DNA of 64,000 nucleotides from Hydrolagus colliei (Eukaryota). Numbering within the stretch: position 1 is the first letter of the stretch; each line of letters opens with the position of its first letter. The translations under genes were made by a program, and so were the position numbers. The notes below the pieces were generated by a model. That model had not been told where the DNA came from and ran no database searches. It saw nothing but the letters and a program-made list of their open reading frames with translations. The stretch covers positions 9,672,001-9,736,000 of the forward strand of contig CM068754.1 of the NCBI GenBank assembly GCA_035084275.1, in the 5' to 3' direction. Of this stretch, positions 38,259-51,009 are shown one piece after another.

Positions 38259-41200
38259 TTCTAACTCAACGAGCAGTGGGAAACTGTTTAGCTGATAAAA
38301 TTACAGCACTACCCATTACGTGCTCTGGGGTCCCAGATCCTTAACTTTTCCTGACCTGCTTCTAAACATTCTGAGATTAGGTGAGCAGGGTGCATTGCTC
38401 CAGGGAAATTGCCATATATGTGTAGAATTCTCAGTAGTTTAGCTTACATACTCTTGAGTATGGTGATACTTTTTCTGGATCTGTACAGAAACATATCACC
38501 ATAGGGTAGATTCAGATGAATCTATCCATTCTGCTCAACCTTACGTTCAGCATCATGCACATGTGAATATAATGCTAATGCTCTAAATCTCTCTCGAAAG
38601 ATGATCCCAATAACCTGAAGACGTGGATGTTTTAGTGTTTCTAGGTGGGGAAATGATTTATGTACATGGAATCAGGCCTTAATGGATATCTCTGAAAGTC
38701 CAGGTAAAAATGGAGTAGTCAACCATGTCTTTGGCTCACTGGCTTATTCATACTTTGATTTATCAGTTGTACGTTTCATTAATTATAATTTTCGTCATAT
38801 TTATTTAAGCAGCAAAGCTATATTTAAGTGTTACAGGATTTCTATAAGGTCAGCAATCTCTATGTGTTAATATTCCGACTGTGCCAATTTATGACAACTA
38901 TGTGCAGTTAACTGGTACACTTGGAAACATAACATGCACTGGCAATTAGAACACCAGTATGTCATCAGAGCATAATTATTAGCTGAAATGTTCGTGTCCT
39001 GTCATTTCAAAACCTAACAATGTGTTACTTGATAATAATAACAACAAATTGTCATATGATAAGAATAATAAGACTTAAACTTTTCTTCTTTTCCCCTTTG
39101 TTTTGTCACAAGGCATTATAATTAGTTGCTTTATACTTAAATATGAATCATTGGGGGAAATGAATGGAAAAGAACCAACTGTTTAAAACTGCAAGAATTT
39201 ACTTGCACTTGGCCCACACAGGTCAATTTTAGACTATTCACTTGTTTCACAAATATTATTATGTTCCTTGAATACCATAAAGTTTTTTTTTATATTTTCA
39301 GCTCAGTACGAAAAATAAATGTTACAGATAATGCAGGTCTTTGTTTCTACAGTCTACAAAAGTTTATCAACACAAATTGTTTTTGTCTAAATATGATTTC
39401 AAATGCAAAGAAAACTGATGCAGGGATAGAGAGCACAGCTACAAGAAAAGGAGATTCATTTTGGACACATTTTAAATCTAACCCAAACAGAAAATTTCAC
39501 AATAAAAATAAAAATATAACAACCATTTAATTGAATTTAATTTGGAATTGTGTTGGTTCTTTAAAATGGTTGTTTCATGCCAACTATCAGTCTAATATAT
39601 AGATAGAAGAAACTCTTCATTTTATATCAAATGTGCCTCTTTTAAAGTAACATTGAAACTAAACTACGCAAACTAAACAGAGATTTTTCATTCATTGCAA
39701 ACCGTGAGGTTCATTGGTGGCCTTGATGCCCTGTCACCTCTAAATACTTTCTTTCTAGGTTTCTTTCTCTTGTACCACATAGTTCAGCTTTCATTCGATG
39801 CAGTTTATGGATCATTTGAGCTGGACAATGAATCTGCAACAGTTTCTAGTCACACAGAGCCTCTCACAGTGGTCAGCAACATGAGAATGGCATGCCGTTT
39901 GGGTCAGTGTCAGTGTCATTTTTACTGACACAAATGTACAAGGGTGGGAGCTGAAATAGAAGATTGTGCACTTTCCCATGCTCTGACATCAGAACCATGA
40001 AAGGGGAAGCCACTGACATAATTTGTTGTACTTTGGGAATGCAATGATTTTGTATAAATCAAAAGCATTTGCTATAGGTAAGAAAAGCCTCACCCATTGA
40101 TTGTGGAAGGAATGCGATGGTTAAGATGCTTGCCTTAAGTAGCTAGGGATTTGATTACAAGTAATGGTTGGCACTTTAACTCCCTCATTAATACATAGCG
40201 ATTTGAAGTTGTCCTTTACTACCAAGTGCTCCATGCTACTGAAAAACATGCTTCTTTCAGCTTGCCCAGAATATGTGCTTTTCTGTGAAGGAATATGATT
40301 GCTATCCAAAGTTACAAATGCAGCCTGGAAACATTCTCCCCGTCGCAGGAAAGATAGCTCTCTAAACATAAGGTGGAAATAAATAGTAACTACATATTGC
40401 TCAAATATCTGCAATTATAAATACCAAGTAAAATCAGCCTTCAAAATAAATTGTAAAACCATTTCTATGCAAGTATTTGCCAATGCTCTTTTACTTTAAA
40501 AAGTGCTGCACATATTAGAAGCTCATTCTTAAGGAAGCTGTGAAGGAGGTAGGCATAACTAATTGTACTTTTAATTAGAGTTTAGCAAATTTAATTTGTA
40601 ACACAATGACATCTAACTTGATCTCCAATTTTCAAATTCAGAAAGTTGAATTCCCCCAAGTACAGGTTAATGCCATTGTTGCTCCAGATTCTTTAGTTAG
40701 AGATAAAATTCCAATTCAGAAACTATAGAATAAGATGTTTAATGTATATGTTCAGGTGATGCTAACCTTGTCCAATAGGATTTAAAAAAAAATCAGATCT
40801 GATTCAATCTGAAATTCCAAATTAATCTGAATTCTAAATAGATGAGTTTCGTTTTTCTTTCCACATGTAATTCTAATTCTAAATTGAAGGCGTTATGAAA
40901 ATATAATATCTAGGTATCTATGTAATGCTGTTTCTTTGGAAGAATCATGAATATTTAAGAGTTCAATTAATTAGAGAAACACCACAATTAAGTTATAAAG
41001 TGAAAACATTGCAATATTCTGCCTAAAAATACCCAAAGTAAAAATTAATATTTCAATTATTTTGGTTGAAACTCATCCACACACCTATTCCATTTCTGCA
41101 TGACAAGTACACAGTTTTGAAATTAATATGTAATGGAACTTTCTATCATATGGAGAATCTGGGCAATTTAGTTAATGATCATACTCACCGTCATATTAAG

Positions 41201-44200
41201 AAGCAACATTTTACTGATCTTAAATAAAGACAATAAATACAATTATTTGCTGTATATAGCTTTTGACATTGTTCTTCTTTATAACCACACAAGAAAGTTA
41301 ATTTATGAGAAGACATTATAACTTAACCAACCACTTATATCCTGCCTTAATAAATCTTATCTGATGCTGCAATATTTCAGAACTGCTATGTTTTTCATCG
41401 AAGCTGGGAAAACTATTTTTCTGCCAGACCACAAGAATAATGAGAGCCACATTATGCCATGTGGCCATGTAAAAGCCCAATAGCTCCATGGTTACAGCCA
41501 AGATGCAAGGCATCAGTTTCAGTCACGCAAACAAGTGTGGATCTTTTAAATCTTTAATAAATTATTGTTTTGGTATATGAATTGTAAAGTATAAAGAGAC
41601 TAGCTCTAAGAAATATAATAATGTATCTGTTTACATAATAGAACTGTACTGTACCTTGTTTGCACTTGTTAATAAAGATTTAAGGAAACTGCTGTGCGCA
41701 TAGATTGTTAAATCTCCTTTTTGACAGCAATTTTAAGAAATTAAACAATACATGCATTGAAGTTAAGTTTACAAAGCAGTATTTTCTGAGAGCAAATGTA
41801 TTCTGTTCACGCTCCGTTAGTAACAACCAACCAAATTAGCAATAAAATATTTAACTACAAATGTGTTGGCAGAAGCTTGTGATGTTTTAATAATTCATGC
41901 TAGGAATGCCATCAACAAAAAATATACGAAGAGGCTAACTATTTCATTCCTTATCACCATTGGTTCTATAGTGATTTAATTGCCTCAGGGAATAGCGAAG
42001 GGTAAATAGTTTAACTAAATATATGTTATATAGATATATAATGCATATACAATGTCTGTTCTCTATTACTCATTGTGCATTCATGGGTATGGTTTGCTGG
42101 AGTTTCTGGGAACTTGTTTGTTTTTCATTTATCAATCGATTTCAGTTGAAAATCAGAATGATCAATAGTCAGTTTTGGTAATCAGATGAATTTCACAGTG
42201 ATACCACAATAACATAAACTGGTGCATATATTTGGGGGTGTATTAGGTAATAACAGAGGATAATCAAAAAACTTAGGCATTCATTTTTGTCTCTGTACAA
42301 TCACACCGTAAATGTAACCAATGCAATGTTATTGGGGCAATTGCAAAAACTTTACTCCATCACCAAATAAGAGAATCCACGCTTAAGATTACTGTCAAGT
42401 GTTACAACTTGATAAGCTTAGATTTATATATGTGTCTGTCTGTTATTGCATATTTTAATTTTTCAGTGGAAAAGATCTAGGTCCAGTTTATTTTTAAACA
42501 GAAAAGCCTGTTTTTCTCTCTTCTGGGATATTCTCAGTTAAATCAGTAAAAGCTGAAGATGTGAAAGCCTATAAATGTTCAATGAATTGATATATAGCTC
42601 TCAAAATATAATGAAACTGTTGCCATCAAGTATAAAAATATGTATGAAAAGTAATTTGCAATATTGGATCAATTCAGTCCGGTTCAGAAACAAAAACAGT
42701 TTATCCTTTTATACTGATTGAACAAAAAGGGTTAGTATCATAAGGGAAACATCTTTGGAAGTTGTTTATGTAAGTTTACATAACCTTAATAAGTGGAAAT
42801 CAATTTATTGGAAAAAATTTCACTCAAGTTTTACTTTTACTTTACGTTGCATTTTATAGTGTCCAAAATTTGGCAAATCATTGAATTCAAGCTTTGAAAA
42901 ACAATTGTTTTATGTAAGCAAACATGCGCAAAAAACACAGCTTTAAAATGCAGGCTATTTTTTAGAAATTGCCAAATTCTGGATGCTCTAAAGTGATACA
43001 TGTGTGGGATAAATTAAACCCCAGGTGGAATTTCTCCTCCTTTACCGGTCTTTCATTGAAGTAGAGTATATATAAGAGCTGTACTAAAGCACATTCACAT
43101 CCCCTGGGAAGACATGCCATGGTCCAGTTAAGTCTCTGTGGTGACACTTGACCCATGAAATTCAATGGAAATAACAATTTTCTTTCTTGTAAACCAAGAA
43201 TTAAGTGCTATGAATACAAACTATGACTGAAATGAAACGGGATCTGAAATGTATCATTACCTAAGAAGCAAAAAACTTTGAGCTCTTTAGAAATGGTGGG
43301 TGGGCTGAAAAATCATTTGTAGCATAAATCAGCAATATCACATGATAATTTGCAAATGTGAGGAATCCTTTCAATTTTACAAATTCAAAATCAATTCTGT
43401 GAAAGACTGTAACAACTTTTTGAGGAAACTTATGAGACAACAAGATACTGTAATAACAAGGGATAATTTGGAACCAGTGTTGAAACTGAGTCTATCAATG
43501 TTGAAATTCAGGAGTTTGATGGATGTTCCTTAAGAAGAAATACAACAATAGATGAGAACTAGGATTTTGTTAACATCTCACCCTACTTATTCAGAATATT
43601 CGGTTATTTTCAATTGGTGGAGGAACTGTTCAAAGGATTGAGGGTGAAAATTACAGATCATGTAAATCAGCATTCTACAAATTAGTAAAAAGTTCATTTT
43701 AGGAACGCTTGCACTTAACACGGCTGAACAATCCTACCATTTCAGTTAACAACAATTAAACACAACACCCCCAAATACAGTACATGCTGGCAAGGTTAGC
43801 TTGATCTGCGAAAATCTTGCTGTGCCTTGTAGTATTTGTTTGATTGACAAGGCTTGCTGTTGTGGTGTTGTCTCTCACAGCAGGTTAGTTAACCCCATCT
43901 GTTCTAGGTTAAAACAGCAACATATAAACTTCCCCTTCAAGAATGCTATGCTCTGTCAAGTAAGTCCAATTTCAAAAAAGGTTCAGCATTGATTTTGTCA
44001 TTCATGCTGGAATGAGAATTATTGTCAAATTTTCTGAATGTTTAGTAAAACCTTTTATGAGTTTTTAGTTACTGTATAAAAGAACCAAACTGTACAAAAC
44101 ATATTGATTATTTTAAAAAATTACATTACTTTAGTTTTCCATTATTGCAGTGTTTTGTATAAAGGATATTGAAAATTAATCATCCAAAATTCATTCACCT

Positions 44201-44232
44201 TTACATAAACATTAAAAATGAGTATTCTATAT

Positions 44233-44749
44233 TATTCTGCAGCTCATGTAATCTCCCACACCAAGCTCTGCGACCACGTCACTCCCACCCTTGCTCGGCT
44301 CCATTGGCTCCCCATCCCCCAGAGGATCGAATTCAAGATCTTCGTCCTCACTTTCAAGGCCATTCATGGTCTTGCCCCCCCTATCTCTCCGACCTGCTCT
44401 CCCCCTCTGAACCTGCCCGCCCCCTCCATTCAGCTCCATGTCCCCCGCCCGACCCACCCTACCATCGGTGAACGGGCTTTCAGCCTCTGCCCCCACATTC
44501 TGGAACTCCATCCCACAGTCCCTTCTCCTCGCTTCCTCCTAAGCTTCCTTCAATGCCGGTCTCAAGACCCTCCTCTTCAATCATGCCTTCTGCTGCCCTC
44601 CCAACCTCTCTCCCTCCCCTCCTAATTCTCTCCCACTACTCCCCCCTCCCCTGCCCCTCCCCATTGCTTGGGTCCTGACCTGAATGTTCAGTGCTTTGGG
44701 ATGTCCTCGCGACATCAAAGGCACTCTATAAATGTAATTTTGTTGTTGT
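44233..44749 (+). mobile_element. L2 LINE 3' end
   Basis: SAAHVISHTKLCDHVTPTLARLHWLPIPQRIEFKIFVLTFKAIHGLAP, then hairpin tail and (ttg)n. Confidence 0.95.
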
Positions 44750-44883
44750 ATATTAAATATTTGTCAATGTAAATTCAGTGATGATTTAAAGCAGCATTTT
44801 ACTACGTAATTTTCCTTCTAATGCAATCGAACTGAACACCAAGAGTTCCCTTGGTTCTGTCCATTCTGAGCTGAAGTATGCAC

Positions 44884-44935
44884 ACAACAACAAAATCACA
44901 TTTGTATAGCGCCTTTCATGTCCGGAGGCACTGGA
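44884..44935 (-). mobile_element. Stand-alone L2 tail
   Basis: acaacaacaaaatcacatttgtatagcgcctttcatgtccggagg. Confidence 0.8.
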
Positions 44936-46819
44936 ATATCCACACATGCAAGGTAGTTCAGGCATTGGGTATGTGAGGGACATCTCTTCATGAACCTCTC
45001 GTTATGTTATATATAGAATGCTTGAAGAATCTGGCCTCGAGTACCAAGGAGGATATTCTTGAGAACGGATTATTATGTAAAACAAATTAGTTCAATTGGG
45101 TTAATTAGATTTGCAATGTAATAGTCAGTTTCTCAAGGCACCTTCAGGTGCACAGATAACAATGTTAAACAATCAGAGCAGTTAATAGTGATTTTAATAA
45201 CCATGAATCTCTTTGCTCACGGATCCTTAATGTAGCCTTCAACATTAAGTCTTCATATATCCTAGTTTTTTTTCAAAGTCAACTTTAATGCGGTGTTACA
45301 GTAAACAGTTTATTTTGGTCATTTACTCTCACGGCACATAAATTAATGCAGATATTATGCTGTGCTACAATGAGTAATGAGACACTAGTGTTTTTAGGGA
45401 GAGTTCTAGATACTGTACTTAAATTTTTAATTTTAGAAATTCTCTGGATTGACCATTTGCATCATAATATCCAAAGGAGTTCTGGCAAACTATAATTGGA
45501 CATTTTGCTCTATGGTTATAAAGTATTTTCATGTGAATTCAATTATTGATCTGCTTAATTTGTAAAAGGATTATCACTCTATCTGAGTATTAAGGATAAT
45601 TAACAATTAACTCTGTTTTAACTATATTTTATGTGAAGAGGTTATTGCATTTTGGACTATTAATTTCCTGTACATAATATTAAAGAGTATTATATAATGG
45701 AAATCAATGAATAAGACAACTGTATTCCTAAATACATGGTCACACAAATTCATTGTAAGATATACTCATTGTAACAGATATGATGGTTTCCAGTGATTAA
45801 AAAGATAGTTAGATGAGGAATTTCTGAAGAACAGCAAATGAATACTGAGTGCTAAAATTGGCAGAGAAAACACCAGAGCCCTTATAGTTAATGTTATGAT
45901 TCATTCTATAAGTTCAACTCAAAACTATAGTTTTTATCTACTTGATATTGTGTTAACATTTCATGAAACATTGCATGCAGTGATCCTGTAATATCGTAAG
46001 CTTTGGTACTGTGGATTTCTTCCTGTTTGATGCTGTAAAGAAGCAAAATTAGAACATCAGATGCCAGACCTTTACTTGTAGTGTGGGAAAATTAGAAAAG
46101 CAAAATGTGTGGACAAGTTAGACACTCAGAATCTACTGGTAGATTACTGGTAGCCAGAAAAAAATGTTGGTCTGCAAGCAACAGTTGTATCGGTGCTGTG
46201 ATCTCTGATGGAATAAAAAAAACACTTCCTTTGTTTAGTCCTTTGGCCTCTCATTTACTTTATAGCACTACCACTAAGGTCAGAGCTGCCACAAACAGAG
46301 ATTCCGTGAGAAAGATGCATAAATCAGTTTCCCTACCCCAACTTCACATATAACATCCATTTCTTAAGCAGATTGCTGTGTGAATCAAATTGTGATAAGG
46401 TAGCATCAGTATAACATAAACATTGTCAGCTACTTTGCTTTGCTAATGTTTGGATTAGTGAAGGTGTAAAATATAACACCTTGATATGGTAAGGAAGTTT
46501 AATTGCCGCTAGACATCTTTCACACACTTTGAAACGCTCCACCAAAAATAAATTACATTGGAAACTTCAGCAGAATCGTTCTCACATGAAATGGTGGCAT
46601 CTGATAGCTGCTAGAAAAGGTTCCACCCAACCTTTAATTTTCACTATTTACAACAAAATAATTCTTGCACTTGGACTGTATCACAGTCCGAGACATCTTC
46701 CTCTCAAAGATTGAAAACATCTGCTTGGCTGTATTGGTCACCCCACCTGATCTCAACCCCCACCCTGGCTCTGAGACTCTGCCCTGCTACATAAGGAGGG
46801 CAGAGCACGTTGTTGTTGT

Positions 46820-46965
46820 TGTATTCGATATAGTGGTGAGATGTTCCCAAAGCACTTCACAGAATGTACTGTAAAGTGAATTGACTGTACGTTTTGTGAG
46901 CGAAGCGCGGCAGCACAGCAGTATCCCACAAACTGTGAATTGAGTGACCAAATTAATATTATTTC
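46820..46965 (-). mobile_element. SINE 3' half
   Basis: caaagcacttcacagaatgtactgtaaagtgaattgactgtac...cagcagtatcccacaaac. Confidence 0.85.
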
Positions 46966-47277
46966 TTGTTCAGCCTTATCGGATAAGTATCTCCTGCTCA
47001 GCTTTTAAAAATATAAGCTTAGGTTCTTCTGGTAAGTCTTCTGATGTTTAATCTTGAAATGCTTCCACTTCAGTGCTGAGATATAACATGAAATTGATGA
47101 CAATATCTAGTCTACCCCTCACTAGCATATTTATGCTTCATATGATTTTTTTTGCCTACTACATATGCTACACTAGAATTATCCTTTAAAACAGTCATAA
47201 ATCAAATCAAGATCTTGACGGCTGAGAATAACTGAAACCACATTGAAGTTTTGGCATGTTTTATAGATAATTCATTT

Positions 47278-47342
47278 GGCAGTCCCCAGGATCTCCTCCC
47301 GACGTGAAAGGCACTCTATAAATGTAATTTTGTTGTTGTTGT
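47278..47342 (+). mobile_element. Stand-alone L2 tail
   Basis: tcctcccgacgtgaaaggcactctataaatgtaatt(ttg)n. Confidence 0.88.
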
Positions 47343-47532
47343 GTGGTAGAATAATTGGTAAAAAGTTAAGTTCATTTTAGGGGAGGCTAAGTAATGAATT
47401 TGGGATTCTTAAATAGATTAGAAATGTAAGCATTTTCTATGTTTATGTGATTCAAGAAAATGTTGGGTTTGTTTTATTCCTCTGAATCATTGCACTTCTT
47501 CAAACACATAACATTAGTAGCTCCGTTCAAAT

Positions 47533-47602
47533 ATGATAATAATAATAATCCTTGCATTGGATAAAGTGCCATATCACATATTCAAAGAGCTTTACAGAAT
47601 AT
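47533..47602 (-). mobile_element. SINE tail
   Basis: (aat)n-ccttgcattggataaagtgcc...tcaaagagctttacagaatat. Confidence 0.75.
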
Positions 47603-48947
47603 GTATTAACCTGAATATTTATTTTTATTTTTACATCAAACATATTGAAGAAATTCCCCCCCCACAAGTTATTTTCTTTTACAGATTAGCTTTATACATT
47701 TTCAAAATAAGTTAACCCCCATCTCACTTTCCCACACTCCCCCTTTCCCTTGGTAACCTTGATGGTGAGAAGCATAGAGTTGCAACTTATAGACTGGGAG
47801 CTCCCTTGTTTGAATTCCTCTCAGTGCTGAGTTTACTGGTCTATACCAAATGCAAAGATTGTTATCATTACTATTGAAAATGACGTGTATAAATTATACT
47901 GTTGGTATTAATTGGAGTAGAAAGGAAGCTGTGTATTCCCAATTCAATAATTACCCCCATAGATGTTCCCCCTTTCCCTAATGATGCTTTGTTTGGTAAT
48001 GTTACAGACTCAGGAGAGTGGCCAACCTTTAAACATTTTCAAACACTTAAATATCTTTCCCATTCTTGTGTAGTGGACGATCCAAGAATGGTAAAGCTAT
48101 TTGGAATCAAAGCAATGTTAAATCAATACTAATGGAAGAATAGGGTGTTGTATGATCATTTTATTCTGGAATCTGGATCTAGTTCAAACCTAGATTCATT
48201 AACCAAGCTATCAGACAATCCTCTTGAGGAGAGAAACCTCTGTGGTGTGCTTTTCAAACATTATTATATCTGACGAAAATGCTAAAGTCCTCGTAAATAG
48301 AAATCCTTATTTATGTGTGTTCAACTGTGCCTCTGAAATATGTGATATTGCTCAAGCTATCTTGAATGATTATTTTTCTTCGAAGGATGTTTAAATCAAA
48401 ATGTGTTTTTTTGGGTTTGTAATTTTTCTAATGATTGGAATTCAGTTCTCTAGTTGATTGTCCTCTTCAATCTCTACACTTTCTACAGGAAATGCATTCA
48501 GGCATTTGACCAAACACCCAACCAATGTCAATTTAAATTAGCTGTGAGCAAGTGTGCAGCAACAACCTGAACCTCCAATACACACACCCTAAACTATCTG
48601 ATAAGAATAGATTGATGGTGCAACTCACAGATATTATTCAGCATCAACAATCACATTATCAGTTCAATGGCGTAATATAAAAAGAAATCAGAATGTTTTT
48701 CAAAATCAGATCTGCCAAATTAAATTAAAATCTGCTGACTTTCCTGTTCTATATCATGGTTAAAATCCAATTCACTAGCATTTTTACATTGAAATAATAA
48801 AGTATCCGTGTTACCTATATGTGAGATAACTAGCAATGTACAATATTTGGATTGAATCTTTCTCGCATTCTATTCCTTTTCTGCAGAGGCGGTGAGTCTT
48901 GCGATGCTATGGCTCTTCAATCTGATCCCAGTTGATAATTTCAGAGG

Positions 48948-49097
48948 GTAATAATAGAAATAATCCTTGCATTTTTATTTAGTAGCTTTTATATTAGGAG
49001 CAGTGCAGTGACTGTGTAGGCTGTATGTGAATGTGAACCAATTTGCTCATAGCAATGTCCCACAAACAGCCAAGGCGTGAATGACCAATTTTATTTG
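48948..49097 (-). mobile_element. Degenerate Deu-core SINE
   Basis: aataatccttgcattt...ccaatttgctcatagcaatgtcccacaaacagc...gaatgaccaatt. Confidence 0.75.
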
Positions 49098-49128
49098 GTG
49101 GATTGTTAGCCTGAACACCTGAAGACAC

Positions 49129-49621
49129 TAGTGACGTGCGTTGTGTAATATGATGGGGTAGGCACTTCTCAGTCCATACAAACTTTTGGGCTATAAAGCC
49201 ACGCCCCCAATTGCAGCAACAGACTCTGTCTTTTTCCCCAGTCATTTTTTCAGCAAATACGCATGTGCAGATATGGCATTTCAATGTGATCTGATTGCAA
49301 TTGATAGAAAGAGGAAAGGCAGCGATACCTTGTGCCTATTTCACCCATTACTGAGACACTGAGAAAGGAACACGCACGCGCATCGGAACCTACATTCAAC
49401 TCAATGGGTAAAAAAGGCCTGGGGCTGCCTTTCTGTTGCTTTTAAGGTTGGCATATAAAATCGCAATTAAATAATTTTGGTAGTTTCTACTAAAAATCGT
49501 TTGCATTATGTAAAATGTGCATTGTAAAAATATAAACCATTAAATAATCATCCACAATTTAAAGTTTTATTTTCATAAGGTAGGCTCTGCCTACCCTGCC
49601 TACCATGACTGCACGTCCATG
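49129..49621. mobile_element. 493-bp hAT (Tip100-like) non-autonomous element
   Basis: Imperfect TIRs TAGTGACGTGCG / TGCACGTCCATG; subterminal gtaggca / tgcctac motifs; perfect 8-bp TSD gaagacac at 49121-49128 and 49622-49629. Confidence 0.9.
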
Positions 49622-49750
49622 GAAGACACTTTTTGTGCAGTCCTATGGCAGCCAGTATTGGACTGGCTCCCTGAAAGGGAATGTGATGTAAAATAGGGGT
49701 GGGGGTCGGGGTGGCGGGGGAGAGAGTAGGCTCAGGAGCCGCTATTTTAC

Positions 49751-50047
49751 AACAATAATAATAATCCTTACATTTGATGTAACACCTTTCATGTCTTCTA
49801 GATGTCTCAAAGCGCTTCACAGAATATGCTGTAAAATTAATTCACTGTATAATTGTGGGCGAAATGCGGCAGCCAGTTGTGCACAGCAGTATCTCACAAA
49901 CAGGTGTAGATTGAAAGGTCCAATTTTTTACGTTTTAGTAAGGAAAATGTAGTAAGGAAACTTCCTCAAAGTTTTTCCCTACCAGGAATCAAACCCAGGT
50001 CCCTCACTTGCAAGGCGAGTGCTCTGACCCCTGAGCTACAGGACTCC
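49751..50047 (-). mobile_element. Full-length tRNA-derived SINE
   Basis: Head ggagtcctgtagctcaggggtcagagcactcgccttgcaagtgagggacctgggtttgattcc (A and B boxes, TGC at the anticodon position), Deu core and tail. Confidence 0.95.
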
Positions 50048-50099
50048 ATTTTATGAAGCTGTATCTGAAATTTCCAGGTTTCCCATATAGTCAGTCTGC

Positions 50100-50175
50100 C
50101 ACTGATGGCATCTTTAACATTAACCTGAATAGACAAACAGGATTTTTGTTTAATATCTCATCATGAAGAAGGCAG
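50100..50175 (-). mobile_element. Old Deu-domain fragment
   Basis: atggcatctttaacattaacctgaa...gtttaatatctcatcatgaagaaggca is the reverse complement of the Deu block seen at 220-295. Confidence 0.55.
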
Positions 50176-50515
50176 ATAAATCAACCATAGGACTCACCTA
50201 ACATTCACACAACTGCACATTCCAACAACGGTTACTGGAATATAAGAGTTACTGGCTGATTTATTTTTCCTTACTCACAGGGTTTTGTGGAAAGCTGTTT
50301 GGTATGATTCCTGATCTGCGCAGTTTATCTCAATTGGTGAATGTGCCACAAATGGCCTCAAACCATTGATCTTCCTTTTCTTTATTGCTCCGCACCACAA
50401 CAGGCAATTAATTCATCTATTCATTGGGGAAGGCCGATTTCAGTGGCTCGTTAAACAGAATGTGAAAAAATACTGAATTTTATGAATTGTGAAATTGTAA
50501 AACATAGCCAAAGGT

Positions 50516-50583
50516 AACAACAACAACAACAACATTATACTTTTAGAATGCCTTTCAAGTCAGGAGGACGTCCCAAGGCATGG
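50516..50583 (-). mobile_element. Stand-alone L2 tail
   Basis: (aac)n...gcctttcaagtcaggaggacgtcccaaggca. Confidence 0.88.
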
Positions 50584-50947
50584 AGGTAACAGAAAAAAAG
50601 GAAAATTGATTTGGAAATGAAAGCAATTGTTCTGCAACGTACAATAGAATTGCAAGGACTGAAAATCAGAAAAAGAATGAAAACATTTGAAGTGAATACA
50701 CTCCGATGATATTGCACAGACGTGAAATATTCGGCTCATGAAAATACACAATCTTAGTATGATTGGGGTTTGATGAAACCTACGGCTTCGGTTGAATGTT
50801 TTAGGTGATTGGTGTTTATTTGGTTAAATGGATAGATACAGCCAATGTAACAGACTCTGGCAATAGTTTATATGTACTTCCACAGTTGAAGAGATTTTCC
50901 GGTTGAGTTTGCCAAAAAACATTTTAACCCATTCATGGTTAAGAGTT

Positions 50948-51009
50948 TAAGCACTTTGGCACATCCTCCCGATATGAAAGTCTCCATATAAGTGTAAATT
51001 TGTATTGTA
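50948..51009 (+). mobile_element. Stand-alone L2 tail
   Basis: agcactttggcacatcctcccgatatgaaagtctccatataagtgtaaatttgt. Confidence 0.75.

Noticed and set aside
40791-40804. 14-bp palindrome aatcagatctgatt in an AATTC-rich stretch
   Set aside because: No TIR or TSD pair found; plausible by chance in AT-rich DNA.
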